Below, one piece after another: positions 34,822-47,518 of a stretch of DNA of 64,000 bases (position 1 is the first letter of the stretch; each line of letters begins with the position of its first letter). The translations under genes were made by a program, and so were the position numbers. Below the pieces are notes generated by a model. The model ran no database searches. It was not told where the DNA came from and was given only the letters and a program-made list of their open reading frames with translations. The stretch comes from Massalongia carnosa (taxonomy: Eukaryota). The stretch covers positions 2,108,001 to 2,172,000 of the forward strand of contig OZ287071.1 in assembly GCA_965645245.1 (NCBI GenBank), given 5' to 3'.

Positions 34822-36932
34822 CCCTTCGTCTGGCAATTTGGCAGCCACCTTAAATAGGCTTAGTGAGATACCGTAGGGCTGAGTCGCGAACTTCAAAACA
34901 TTCTCCCCTTTTTTTGTAAATAAGAAGGTAAACATCAGCTGAAAATCATTAAAACATCTACAATTTCTTTAGAATAATCATGAGAGGCATTGAGATAGAA
35001 GTTCCTGCCCAATCAGACGCTTTGCCCCCCTCAATTCTGAAAGAACAGGCCAAAAAGAATAAACCCAGCGTACAAAGCATAATTGACTCCATGCCCCCTC
35101 CGTCATCAAATTATTGTCCAATTTCGATCCCATTTCGAAAACCACAGCCGGACGAGACGTTGCGCTTGATAAATCAGACTCCTTTCAGTTTATTCTGCCT
35201 CTTTTTTAGCTTTGAAATGCTTGAAATCATAGCTAAAAACACCAATCTTAAAGCGAAAAAGAAGTATGCCCTAAACGACATCAAGAGACGTCAATGGCAT
35301 GACACCTCTTCTTCTGAAGTAGGAGCTTTTCTGGGAATTCTGTTATATATGGGGTATACACTGATGCCACGTCTTACTGACTATTGGAACACGTCTCCTA
35401 AATTTGCCATACATGACATGGTGATTCAAGCCATGAGTCTTCGAAGATGGGAGCAACTCAAGCGATTTTTGAAGATATCCAACCCCGACGAAGATGAGAT
35501 CATTGATACTCGAGGCCCTGATTGGTGGAAAAAGCTGGAACCATTGGCCACAGACTTTCGAAAAGCATCAAAGAAATACTGGATTCCTGGAAGTCATGTG
35601 TCAGTTGACGAGCAATTGATTTTATTCAGGGGTAGGAGCTGCCATACTATGCAAATAGCCACCAAGGCGGCTGGTGTAGGCTTCAAAATCTATAGTTTAT
35701 GTCAGGAAAATTATCTTTTTGACTTCTTATTTACCTCCAAGGTGAGTAGAAAAGGCCTCAATTTGCATCGTACTAATTGCAAGACAGGTGTCCAAAATTA
35801 GTGAGTTAAAAACGCCTGGACAATTGAGATTTCCGACAACCAAATGGGATTTGTCTCCTTCCTCCCTAGTCGTCATTCAACTGGCTCGAAGTTTACCCTC
35901 TGATGAAGGCTTGAAATACGTCATCTTTCTGGACAACTTCTTCACAAATACGAAGCTATTCAAAGCTCTGAAAACCATTGGAATTGGTGCCTGTGGGACG
36001 GCTAAATCAGGATGCGGTTTTCCTGTTGATCTTCTACGTCTGAGGGTTGCAGCCACCAAGAATAAGGACTGGGGAAAGAAGGCATTGATGACGCTACCTG
36101 CAAAGAAAAGTAAAAAATCAAACATTGATGATTAAACACCGTGCAATTCATGACCACGGTTCATACAATTGAGGATTTGAAGACTTCTTTCTACAAGAAT
36201 TTCCGTCGACGTCATGGAATTCCTGCAAATTCCAGAGTCATCGTTGATGATGAAGAAGAAAAGCTTCCATTTCCCATGCCCATCGTGGAATATAACCAGC
36301 ACATGGGCGGGTCAGATGGGAATGCTCAGCAAAGAGCATATTATTCACCTCAAAGATCTGATCGTCGCTACTGGTGGTCAATTTTCATCTTTCTTCTGGA
36401 TGCAGCCGTTCTAAATGCCTTCAAATTGTGGAGAATTCTGTATCCGAATTCAACACTCAGCCATTTGGACTTTCAAAAAGAAATAGTAAATGCCCTACTA
36501 TCCAATCAAGCCGGTGCCCTACGGAAACGTCCGACAGATGTCATAGTTACTACTAATCAAGACGTTAATAAAGACGTCGAGTCAACTTGCAAATGGGAGC
36601 ATTTGAATAAGAAGGACTATTGTTTGGCCTGCAAAAGGCAAGTGCCAAGACTCAAACGACGCCGACCACTTGCGGAAATTGATGAAAATTGCACCAAAAG
36701 ACGACGTGCAAGTCAGACCAGATGGCAATGTAAGAGCTGTGGACCATGTTGCAAAAAGGAGGCATGTTGGGAAATTTTATATAGATCATGAGGGGTGATT
36801 GAGGTGTTGTACCCATTATCGTTGAAAAGGGAAAATCTGATTGGCCAGATTAAAGTTATTAGTCATTACCCGGAGACGGCGCGTGTAAAATTGAATATTA
36901 CCTAAATGGCTGCCAAATTGCCAGACGAAGGG
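34822..36932 (+). mobile_element. piggyBac-like DNA transposon
   Basis: 26-bp perfect TIRs CCCTTCGTCTGGCAATTTGGCAGCCA with CCC...GGG ends. PGBD-type transposase inside. Confidence 0.9.
34980..36791 (+). pseudogene. piggyBac (DDE_Tnp_1_7) transposase with C-terminal Cys-rich domain; deletion/frameshift near 36135
   Basis: Motifs VSVDEQLILFRGR, IFLDNFFT, YNQHMGGSD and CLAC..CKSC..CC..CW. Intron 35742-35787. The W-x-D segment expected before VQFMTT is missing, with a frame change. Confidence 0.85.
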
Positions 36933-36939
36933 ATACTGA

Positions 36940-38400
36940 CTTGAATGTTTTTTTGCTAAAATCGACTCGTGCTCAGGATTGGTTCTAATATCAGCTTCTT
37001 TACGGAGTACGGATCCAGAAGTCGCTCGTATCATGGTGACAACGACCTTCCATTACATCACCGTTGCCGGGAATGTAGCCAACGAGCAATACCTATGTAG
37101 AGCACGCACAATAAAATCTGCTCAACCAACACTGGCCTGTACGCAGCGCTGATGAAGCAGTACAATATTGCGCTTTCTGCTTTTCCGCTATGAGACGAAA
37201 GCGAGGCGGCCATTGTGGCGTTCTCTGGTATCGTTACAAAGAGCACAACCGCTTCTATTGATGTAAACACCGCCTTCGACTCTCTAGATTTTTATAGGAC
37301 TCACTTTGGCGAAATATTTGGCACCAAGCCATACAAGAGAAGTCAATGATGTGCTTAGTATCAGCCTGACAGCCTTCTTTGAGCTCATTGAGCGAGCTGT
37401 CACTTCTCCGAAATCATGTCCTTGAAGCACAACGGGTGTCTCAGCAAATGCTAGGTGGGCTGAGAATGACCCAAAGTTATAGCACGATGGGCCCTTTTCT
37501 CTGGATGAATATCGGTCATCCTTATTGCTTTAGTATTTGACTACTTGTGTCAGAAACTACATGATCATGAATGAAAGTTTTCGGGAGATAGCTCTGATGC
37601 CTTAGAGAGGTATCACGCATCTGCTGGTAGCTGTTCAATACCGAAGCATTTATACCTTGTCTCATGAATTATGAGCTATTTCTCTCATAATCAATATGTC
37701 TTACATGTGTCATCAAGGGAAAAACTCTTCCGGTTTCTATTATTTCTTGCAACAATATTAAGTCATTTCAAAACAGAAGCCATAGGTGCGTTATATTTCT
37801 ACAGCAAGACCTACCTCCATATAGGTGATTGACTTCTTCCCGTATACAGAAATTAGCCTATGGCTGGATTTAGTCTTTGAAACGATCGAAGATCTGTCGC
37901 GAATCGAGAAAACCACATCCGAAAAGACTTTGCGCTGTTAATGTCACATAATAATCGACGCTGATTCTCTGTAAGATCATCGGTGCTCGGCTGCTCAGCG
38001 CATATCGCTAACGGGTTAAACCACAGTACCAAGTTGAGAATTCTCCTATCGGTAGTTTAAAGGTCCGTTGCGACGCTAGTGCAACGTGGCGTTGAGATGC
38101 AGCATGGTCGAAGATGTACGGGGGTAGGCCAATTTCTAAACCTATGCTTTTCAAAAGCCTGGACCTAAGGTCCGATCTCTTAAGCTTGGCTCAGGCACTG
38201 AAAGGCCATTTCTCACGCTCCTACATAAGAAAAGGTCCATGATTTATTTCGCAAAATGCTATCCAAACTGGTCACAACTCGATCTTCGTATTCACATATA
38301 TTGAGGAAAAGAGCATGGAGGTATTCTAGCCAAGGTATTACCAAAGAGTCCTGTTTCTCACGTGCAACATTATCATCTTGCGAACTAAGGGCCATTTAAA
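36940..38400 (+). pseudogene. Highly decayed gene, possibly NACHT/NLR-like
   Basis: Stop-interrupted protein-like frames (YAALMKQYNIALSAF, LWLDLVFETIEDLSRIEK, RILLSVV..CNVAL, HGGILAK) in an order reminiscent of the region after a NACHT domain. No Walker A seen. Confidence 0.25.
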
Positions 38401-38785
38401 GTATACTCTCCTTCCTCTCATTATATGCAAATCGCTCTACTCCTGTGCTCACCTTGCCCTTCCGGCTCCCCTTCACCAGCACCAGCACCAGCACCAGCAC
38501 CGGCACCACCAAAATCATGCACCAGCACCAAAATCTCTTAGTCGGCCTCCTGCTTGCGCCCCCCCCCCACTGTCAGATGCAATCACGGGCAGGAACGAAC
38601 GAGAATCTAAAGATCCCAAGGCCGAAGGCCAACGGAGATAAGTTCCGCTTCTACCTACCTAGGTAACCTGCGTACCACTTACCTATGCTGACTATCCTGA
38701 GCATGTGCTTTTCACATGTGTCTTTCTCACGCCCTGTGTCGAGGCTCCAGGGAAAGCTCCCATCCTGAATTCTTTCCTTGTTCCT

Positions 38786-39196
38786 CTACTCCTTCTCCTT
38801 CCCATTCAGCTGATGATACCCCATCCAGCACCTCCCTCCCTTCCCCTGAAACGTGCAATTATACGCCGAATAATTATTCTTCACTCCCCCACACAGCACA
38901 TATGTTGCGCACGTTTGATAGCAGTTGTAGATGCCCACACCATCACCTTCGTGCCCTTTGAACCAGCCGTAGCTGCCGCACACGTTGCCATCCTAGCTGT
39001 CATAGAAGCGGCCCATACCGTAGTCGACCAGGGACGCCCTCAGAATGGGGTAGTCGAGCACGGTGAAGGGGAGGGTCGAGTGACTGAAGGAGATGGCGAG
39101 GGGGTTAGGCCAGCTGGATATCTGCGGATCGAGGAAGGGAATGGGCCTAGGGGAGAACTGCATCGAGGAGTTGGTAGAGTGGATGGGAGGGCGTCC
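38786..39196 (-). pseudogene. Small Cys-containing protein with an in-frame TAG; 5' end unresolved
   Basis: Frame reads PFTVLDYPILRASLVDYGMGRFYDS*DGNVCGSYGWFKG...CYQTC...C...C...CWMGY, with the TAG at 38993-38995. Confidence 0.4.
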
Positions 39197-39657
39197 TAGT
39201 GTAGACTAGTACGGCTAAGGGGGTAGGTATATAGGTGGGCACTCCTTCCTGTTCGCTCAAACCGCTTTTCAACCCACCTTACATAACTCATCTTACACAT
39301 ACCTTTTAGACAGCGCTAACAGAATTAACCCCTCGACTCAATCCAATCACTCTTGCTGAGAGCTTTCTACTTCTTCAAGAAAGCTACCTGCGTACAGAAG
39401 ACACCTATACTTAACTTCCTAATCTCTCCCTTACTCAAGAATACCTATGTACCTAAAGGAGACATTGTAACCACCTTTCTATCTTAGTTTTGCTGAGACT
39501 TCTTATAGCAGATCTTCAACTCCTACCTCCATCTTCTCAAGGACTGACAAACCTAGTCCCATAAGCGTCCACGTTAGTTAATACGGCAACCCTTTTTGCA
39601 TTAAGTTCCACCCTATCTCTCGTCTTTACAGCTTTCTTTACGACACATTCTTTCATA

Positions 39658-40948
39658 ATGTCAAGCTTTAAAAAACCCGCCATTCCTGAACGATATGCTT
39701 CCCTCATGCCCACCTCTACACAAGAAAGCCTTAATCTAAACAAGGCTAGAGTAGCGAGTGCAGCATCCATTAGTTCGTCAAAATCAACTGTCTCCAACTT
39801 CTTAGAGAATAAGATCAAAGATATCCACAGCACGTTGGAATACACCCGCCATTATAGAGAAGGGCTAGAGGAAGCATTTGGGGCAAAGAAGCTCGAAAAG
39901 AGGGTTTACGAATCGGAAACGGAAGAGGTCAATGAAAATATAGTTTCTCTTGAGCGGGAGTTCGTGACCGTGAAGAGGCAGAAGAGGACTCTGGAAGAAG
40001 ATATAGTAGATGCGATGGACGTAAAGGAGCTAGAGGACGCCTATGCGGAAAGCATGATGCGTCGAGTGCTTGCGGCGACTGCAAAACAACCAAAGCAGAG
40101 ATTCGACAAGAGCGGATTCCGAAAATCTGTGGAAGTTTTCTACGGCGCGGCTGCCATCATGGATGAGATACCTCAGGCTCAATGCTGCATCGCTGGATGA
40201 ATGCCGTCTCAGGATGTGAAAGCCGCGCATATTGTACCCAAAAGCTTGACTTCGCAGGAACTGGCTTATTTATATGGTGTGGAAGAGGTAGTATTAAACG
40301 ATCCGAGAAATGGTATGTTATTTAACTTCGTTTCGTTGATCAGGAAATTAACAGGCAGGATGAAAGCTCTCCTTTTACATCAAAATATTGAAAAGGCACT
40401 TGATTCTGCAAGAATTGTCATTATCCCCATCCCAAGCCCGAAAACAACGACCACTAGCTGGCAGCTTCTCCTGATCGATCAATCATCCCGGAATCAGATG
40501 GTATACAATGATACACATGGTAAAGTTCTGTGGAAGGTAGGATACCCACATTTCCCTTTTACACTATTGTTCTTATATGCGTGCGATGCAGGACCTGGAT
40601 GGCCGTCATCTTAACTTTTTGAATGACAACCGCCCGGCCTGCAGATTTTTATACTTTCGCTACCTTATGACCTACCTAGCTCAAAAGAAGGCTAAGAACT
40701 TCAGCTGGGCGTCCAATATCTATGGTGATGGTAATATTTGGGCGACACCCGGCCCTTATCTGCGCAAGTCGATGTTGCAGGTCCTCGCCCGTTCTATTTG
40801 TGATCACGAGCTTCCCAAGGCATTAATTGAAAACAATACGTTTAAAGAAAGCTCGGACTCTCCAGGGCCAGGTAGGGAAGAAGCGGAAGAAACAGAAGTA
40901 TGTGGAATCTCGTTGGCTGTAAGGATGAAGGACGAAGAAAACAAGTAG
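39658..40948 (+). pseudogene. Fungal HNH-type nuclease domain protein with N-terminal coiled coil; one premature TGA
   Basis: Motifs CCIAG*...VKAAHIVP, DPRN|ALLLH, DLDGRHLNF..RPACRFLYFRY and WATPGPYLRKSML. Introns 40313-40366 and 40537-40591. TGA at 40198-40200. Confidence 0.75.
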
Positions 40949-41828
40949 GAAAGAATCAGAAAAGAGAAAGGAAAGCGAGAGCGAAGAGGACGCAGAACAA
41001 TAAAATCAGTAAAGACGATGACCTTGCAAGGGATAGCAAGCGATTACATATAAGAGGTTTGGCTACAGACCTTCTGTTCTTCAGGAGCTCTGTGATTTGA
41101 TAGAATCTGCGACATCACGATTACTATGCTTCAACACTATGAATCAAAGGGGTGAATAACGGAGCATTATTCTGCTACAGAATTAGAGATTGGGTCCTCT
41201 CGCTTTGGGCTTGTTGTGCAGTCTGGATGCTTACATTAACTCCATTACCCTCCAGTTCGTCCTCCAGTTTAACGATGGGCCAAAAAAAAAAACATCTTCC
41301 CCCTCCTGCAAGCATTTCTAGCATTCCCAGTCGAAGCTCACATGATGGGTTATTTTTGGTAACGGGTTTTGCTCAAAGAAACAAAAAAACACTTTTGGAA
41401 GAAATAACCCACGCATAATACACATATCTACATACCGTGAAGAAGAAACTCCTGTTTTATGGGATGGAATGAATAAGGCACTATACATGATAAAAACGGG
41501 AATAAAAAAAGTTTTAAATGAAAAAGGGGGGTGGCGGGAAACATTGGAAAAAATCGAAATCTTCCAACTCCCCATCATGTAATGAACCGTGGTGAAGGTT
41601 CATGTCAATATTTCTAAATTTAATTACCTACTTTAATTGTATCGATATTGCAGGATAGAACCCCTTTTCATCCCCGGTCTGAATGGTCGGAGCTTTCTCC
41701 ATGGACTTTTTTTTTTAGGGGTTAAGATCCGGATAGAAGTAGCCGAGATGGACTTAGACACTTCCTGCCGAAGCTGATTTTTTTTTTACCGGAATTCATA
41801 CCTAGCGGATTGGAGAAATAAAAAGGTT

Positions 41829-43548
41829 TCATTTGCCTCCCACCTTCATGGTTTTGACAATTGTCAAATCGACTACGTGCATGTCCTTTGTGAAACGGCA
41901 GCCCATGCCAAATTTGCAGCTTTTCCCGCTCGGCTCGCTCACGGGACATCTGCAGCGAAATACACACAAGAATTAGCTCGGCGCCATGGTAGCGAATGGC
42001 CGTAGCTGCCGAAGGGAGAAATCACCGACCTGTGGCCATAAATGCATTTGATATCGTCGCACTCGGTGCCAAACTTGCATGGCGTCATGCGAGCAACATA
42101 CCGCAATGTCTGCACCTCGTTGTTGTTAGGTTTGTAGGAGTGATCGTGGGTGCAGCCATCGCCAAATAGGCAATCCTGCCGCAAGAAATGGATGTTGCAC
42201 ATTTTGATCTTCTTTACCCGTTCCACCTCATTGGCGTCGAACTTGGCCGGCGGATCGATGCGTTGGCCGTGTCGGTTGCGTGCGATAGTCTTGATGGTCG
42301 GCGCGGGAGGCGTGGTATGGGGCGTCAGCGGCGGAGATGCCATACGTGTGGCGTTCGCGATTGCAGTTGAGGCCCATGATGTTGCCGTTGGGTTTATGGG
42401 GGAGGCGCTCGATAGGGCGGGCGAGGTACGGGACATAGGGGCTGGTTGATAGGGCGATTGATACTGGGTTTGTGAAGCCGCTGGTGATGGGGTAGGCTGA
42501 GGGCCTACTATGTGCGACGGAAACTGCTGGTAAACGCTGACTTTAGCGGTGCGGAAAAGACCTTCAAATTTGGTGGTGTTATATTTCGACTTCAGGTTGG
42601 TGAGCTCTCTTTCAAAAGGGACACCCTCTAAGAGAGTAATGTGATTTTCAATCGGGTGGTCGGAGACATCTTCCAGAAGGCGGGCGTAGCCATTATCGTG
42701 AGAGCAACCGAAAAATATGTGCCGGCAATGATAGTCATATAGATGGAATTTGAAAATCTCTTATACCCCCCCTTTTAGCGAAATACGTCGCAACCGTATG
42801 GCATTCGCATGCAAGAGAAGAAGCCTTACCAGATATTTTTTCATCAGCGCGATCTTTTCCCATCCCCACATCCACAAAGTCAAAAAGCTGTTTACTTCCT
42901 GTAAATCCTCGAGCAAAATCTTCGATTAAGCTTGCTCGTTCTAGTATTCCTGCACGATAACATACATCGCCCAACCCCTTGAGGTTGGCATAAATTCGAG
43001 TAACAATTTTGTAGTCGGCGGGCAAACTGGCGATTCTTTGGAGAAGATTTTCTCGAATTGCAGTCCCTAAAGACGCAGATGCCTCTTTTCCACCCGTTTC
43101 GCCCTTTTTTAAGAATTGATCCGCGAAAATCATACCATCGCCATCAATCAGAACGAGAACAAAGGGGTCGCGTTCCTACGGGCTGTCAGTAAATACTTTT
43201 ACGAAGGAGCTCTTTCATTTGCACCCAAGACATTACTTCCGTTGCGGCTTACCATTTCCGCTTTACACTTGCGTATTTCATTCTGAAGTTTATGCTCACG
43301 CTTTTGTCCATCGCGATTATACTGGGATTCTCGAGCATGATCGAGGGCTTCTTGTTGATAATCTTCCGTTGCCTTGCGTAAACGACGAAGTATTTCCTGC
43401 ACCATGTCAGAAGAAATTGATTCCTCGATTAGTGAAAAAGGGCAATTAGGTTGAAACCACGGACACTAATCAAGTCATCTTTATGTTGTTCAATTCCTTT
43501 GAGATTCTCGAATCGACGGTATAGATCCATGTGGTCTTGTTCAGCCAT
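41829..43548 (-). CDS. Fungal CCCH zinc-finger protein with an N-terminal coiled coil and DGDG-motif domain
   Basis: ATG 43548 (MAEQDHMDLYRRF). Motifs FVLVLIDGDGMIF, GCSHDNGYARLL and tandem CNIHFLRQDC..GC.H / C.FG.EC..C..GH. Several GT-AG introns; stop at 41829-41831. Confidence 0.85.
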
Positions 43549-43763
43549 AATTAAATGTTTAGGAGAGCGAAGGACAATGATTTAAATTCGAAGAGAGCTC
43601 TTTACATTAGTTGCTGAGTCGAAATAGTTTGAAGCACCTCTACTACACAAAGACCTAGAAGGTGAATTATAAACGGCAACAGTAAGGTACAGAGTACTTG
43701 ATACTCCCGAAAGTAGAGGCAGAAGTCTATTACAACGGTATGTACATACTTCGTACAAGTAAC

Positions 43764-45095
43764 CATGCGGTTGACAAAAAAATTCACACATCAAAATTTT
43801 TACCCCACCAAAAACGTCAAATTTACTACCACATTTACAATGACTATTTACATTATCTGATGTTCAATCAAATCCCAATTGCTTCATTTAATACCCTGTC
43901 ATTTTGCCTTCGCCGTCTATTACTGCTCGAAGACGATCAGGCATTGTCGCTACCTTGTCGTTGATAAATCTCTGTGAAACAAGACTCCATCCCTCGTAAA
44001 TCAACTCCTTGGTGGTGACGTCGTCCCAATGAGGATAATTACGAAGATGTTGTTTTGAAGGTTGCCAGCAATTCTCAATAGGCGCTAAATCGGGAGATAA
44101 AGGACAATTGAAGTAGTGATTTAAGTTGTTTGTCTCCTTCCAGGTGCGTACGACGTTTGATTTGCCTGGTCCATGACCGGAATCACCGTCTTCTTCCAAA
44201 ACGAACTTCTGACCTAATTGTAACTATGGAAGAACGACTGGGTCGAGAATTTGTTCAATGTAGGCTTTTTGACTCATTTTGCCATTGACATTACCCGGCA
44301 CCTGATAAAAATCAATATCTGATTTGAAATTGTGGCCTGCTGAGGCCCAACAATGATGACGTTTTTAATCCCTTTCGTCTGGTTCATTGGCCTCCTGAAT
44401 ACAGTCCTGACAGTATCTTTGACCGGATTTGCGTATGATTCGAAGCTTGCCTTGGGGACCCCAGCCGTAATGAACTTCATCGCTGAATCGTACTTTATGC
44501 CAGTCTTCTGACTCAGGATATCTGTTCAGCATGACTTGGGCCCATTCAACTCGATGAGCGGCTGTTTTATTGTTTACCCAGCCTCTTCTACATGAGAGAC
44601 ACTTGTGATAATCCATCGTACCCATTGCGCGTTGAATTGTTTGACCACTGCAGTCGAGGCCTATTTCATACCCCAATTGACTCCATGTAAGCCCACGACC
44701 TTCAATGCCTTCAGTCTCTAAAATTCGCTCCATTTCTCGTATTTGTTTAGGCGTGATTAAGGATTTGCGACCTCGAGTCTCTTCTGCATCGGAATTGTTT
44801 TCTAGTCGTCTGGCAGAGTCGTTGCGTAAGAAAGCATAGCCTTGTTCACGCGAAACGTCGAAAGTTCGAAAAACATCCTCTTTATAGTAAGAAATTCCCA
44901 TTCTCTCGCAAAATTCGACAGCTCCTTGAACTTTGGCCTTAACAGGAGTAGTATAATGCTTTTGTCGCTCACGAGAATCAAATATGGGAGTCCTAGATGG
45001 AGGCATGTTGATGGAATCATTACTGTTGATTATGGGTGTGGAAGGGTTTTTGGTGGGGTAAAAATTTTGGTGTGATTTTTTTTGTCAACCGGGTA
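43764..45095 (-). mobile_element. Tc1/IS630-like DNA transposon, defective
   Basis: ~50-bp imperfect TIRs (CGGTTGACAAAAAAA...AAAATTTTTACCCCACCAAAAAC) enclose a transposase frame. The outermost bases are ambiguous. Confidence 0.88.
43888..45006 (-). pseudogene. Tc1-like DD37E transposase with two in-frame stops
   Basis: One 373-codon frame with VRFSDEVH, FVLEEDGDSGHG and SPDLAPIENCW (37 residues between D and E). TAA at 44365 and TAG at ~44225. Confidence 0.88.
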
Positions 45096-45250
45096 ACCTA
45101 TGTGCCTATGCTATTGTTTTATCTGGATGACACAAACTTACGGAGGCGACATTACCAAATATGTGGAGGAAAAAGACCCCGAAAGCTTTCTTCAATCACC
45201 CTTTCACTCTTTCCCAACCTCTGTTGCTCTTCACTAAGACACATTTCACA

Positions 45251-46189
45251 ATGGGAATATCTCGCTTAGCCACGCTCTTCTTGTGTTCACTACGAGCATT
45301 GAATACGTTTGCTCAATTACAGGTTCGGGCCTCCTTTCAAGGCCACCTTGCCGCCCCGCTGACAAGAAATCTCAGGTTGAAGAAGTAGAAGAGATCGAAG
45401 ACCCTTCCACCACTCCGACCCTTGCCGTCAAGGTGTCAACCTCATTTCCCTCCTCAGAAATATTTGGTATCAAGCTTGTGAACGGTCAGCCAACACAAGC
45501 CCTCCTCTCCATCACCAATGATGAGCCGGAGCCCGTCACCGTGGTTTTCATTGGAGGTAGCCTCTGGACTATAGCTTTTGATGCAAAGGAGCCTCACATT
45601 TTGCGCAATCTGACAACTACGCGGTACAAAACCGAAATACCAGCTGGTGCCAAAGAGAGCATTAGCTACTCCTTTACCACGGAGTTACTTCCTCGGGACC
45701 TAAGGCTCAACCTCGCCGCTGTCATCACAGACACTGAAGGAACTGCTTATACACTCCAGGCGTTTAATGAGACAGTTAGTGTTGTTGAACCCGACACCAG
45801 CCTCTTTGACCCCCAGATGTCAGTAATGAGTTATGTTTCCAAGACTAGAATTTGGCTAACAGCTCTACAGCATTTTTCTGTATCTTTTCCTCCTTGCGGT
45901 GTTTGGGGGCACTTGCTATTTCATTTATACTACATGGATCAGCACACTCTTCCCCCAAAAGCGCCGAGGTGGTAAGGGCGGTGAATGGGCCAAGAGGTCG
46001 TCCGGCGGATCGAAACAAGTTGATCCCACGGACCAAATCTCGGTTGTGGGGGCTGATGGCCCTGCGGTTACTAGCGGCTCAAAGGCCTACGACGAGAGCT
46101 GGATCCCCGCGCATCATATCAACAAGCCAGAAGCCAAACGAATAAAGAGTAGCGGACCACGACCAAAAAGTAGGAGCAAGCCCGAGTGA
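45251..46189 (+). CDS. IRC22: Translocon-associated protein alpha / IRC22-like
   Basis: Signal peptide, FGIKLVNG, AFNETVSVVEPDTSLFDPQ, a TM segment and YDESWIPAHH. Introns 45323-45375 and ~45819-45870. Confidence 0.85.
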
Positions 46190-46598
46190 TATGATGGCAT
46201 AAGAGGTTGCTTTGTAGCTTTATGCATTGGATCAAAGCAGTACGATCCCACGGTGTATAGTTTCCCAAGCGTATTGCCCCAGTGATGCAGGCTCAGGCTA
46301 GATTTGCTGTTCCTAAATCCACATTTCCCATCTATTACGGCAGGGCCATGAATATATGGAAGTTTGTTGTATCATTTGTGATACTTGTACAGATGAGAGC
46401 GAAAATCTTAGTCTGTAAATCTTAAAGTGAATTTTCCTGATGGTATTGTTATTATTGACCAACTCATGCAGTCTCTCTAATGCAAGGTGATAAACTTCGA
46501 CGATCCATGTCAGGGTCGCTGCGCTACTATCTAGGTCTCCCCGAGTTGTCGCGTCTACAAAGCCGTGGATGATCCAACAAGCAAACAAAATCGTTAAT

Positions 46599-47518
46599 AT
46601 GGCCTTAAAAGAACGAAGCCCTCAAGATGGCTCCGCTGCTGAAATTATTCCCACCTCATCGAATTTATCTCCATTGAAAATAGACAAACCAACAAAACAA
46701 CTCCCAAACGCATGTACAAACCCCTCCCCCTCCACTAATTTATATCCTTTCCCTCCTGATCTTCTACAACAGTTTCGACCCTAATGTCCTCCTCAAGACC
46801 CGCTTCGTCTCCTTCCCTCTCCTACGCAAAATCCGAAATCCGCCGTCCCCCCTTCCACAGCCGCGACGGCCTAGGCGCCTACATCGCCTCCCCCGCCTCC
46901 TACCCCTCCTCCCGCGTAATTACCTACTCCGACGCCTTCGTCACCATCCACGACCTTTTCCCTAAATCGTCCATCCACCTACTCCTCCTCCCCCGCGATC
47001 CGTCAAAGACCCTCTTGCACCCCTTCCTCGCCCTTTCGGACTCTGCATTCCTTGCTCAAATCCAGTTCGAAGTCCAGGAACTGAAGCTGTTAGTTGCAAA
47101 GGAGTTGAAGCGTAGGTTTGGGGCGGGATCCGAGTTGGAAAAGCGGCGAGAGGAGGCGCTAGAAAATGGCAAGGAGGGAGTGGGGGGAGCGGAAGGGGGG
47201 CGAGATTGGAACCAAGACGTCCTAGTCGGCGTCCATGCCCACCCTTCAATGAACCACTTACACATCCACATCATCTCGCGCGACTTTTACAGCGAGGCTA
47301 TGCGCCATCGTAAACATTACAACAGTTTCCATACGGGCTTTTTTGTCGACGTGGAGGAGTTTCCCCTCAAAGATGGGGATCCGAGGTGGCATCCAGGACG
47401 TGAAAAGTATTTGGAAGAGGATCTACGGTGTTGGCGGTGCGGGAAGAATTTCGGGAATAAGTTTGCAACGTTGAAGAGACATTTGGAAGGGGAATTTGAG
47501 GCGTGGAAGAGGGTTTGA
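46599..47518 (+). CDS. HNT3: Aprataxin-like HIT-family DNA 5'-AMP hydrolase
   Basis: Motifs DLFPKSSIHLLLLPR, HAHPSMNHLHIHIIS, KHYNSF and the C-terminal CWRC..H..E zinc finger. Intron 46714-46772. Confidence 0.9.
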
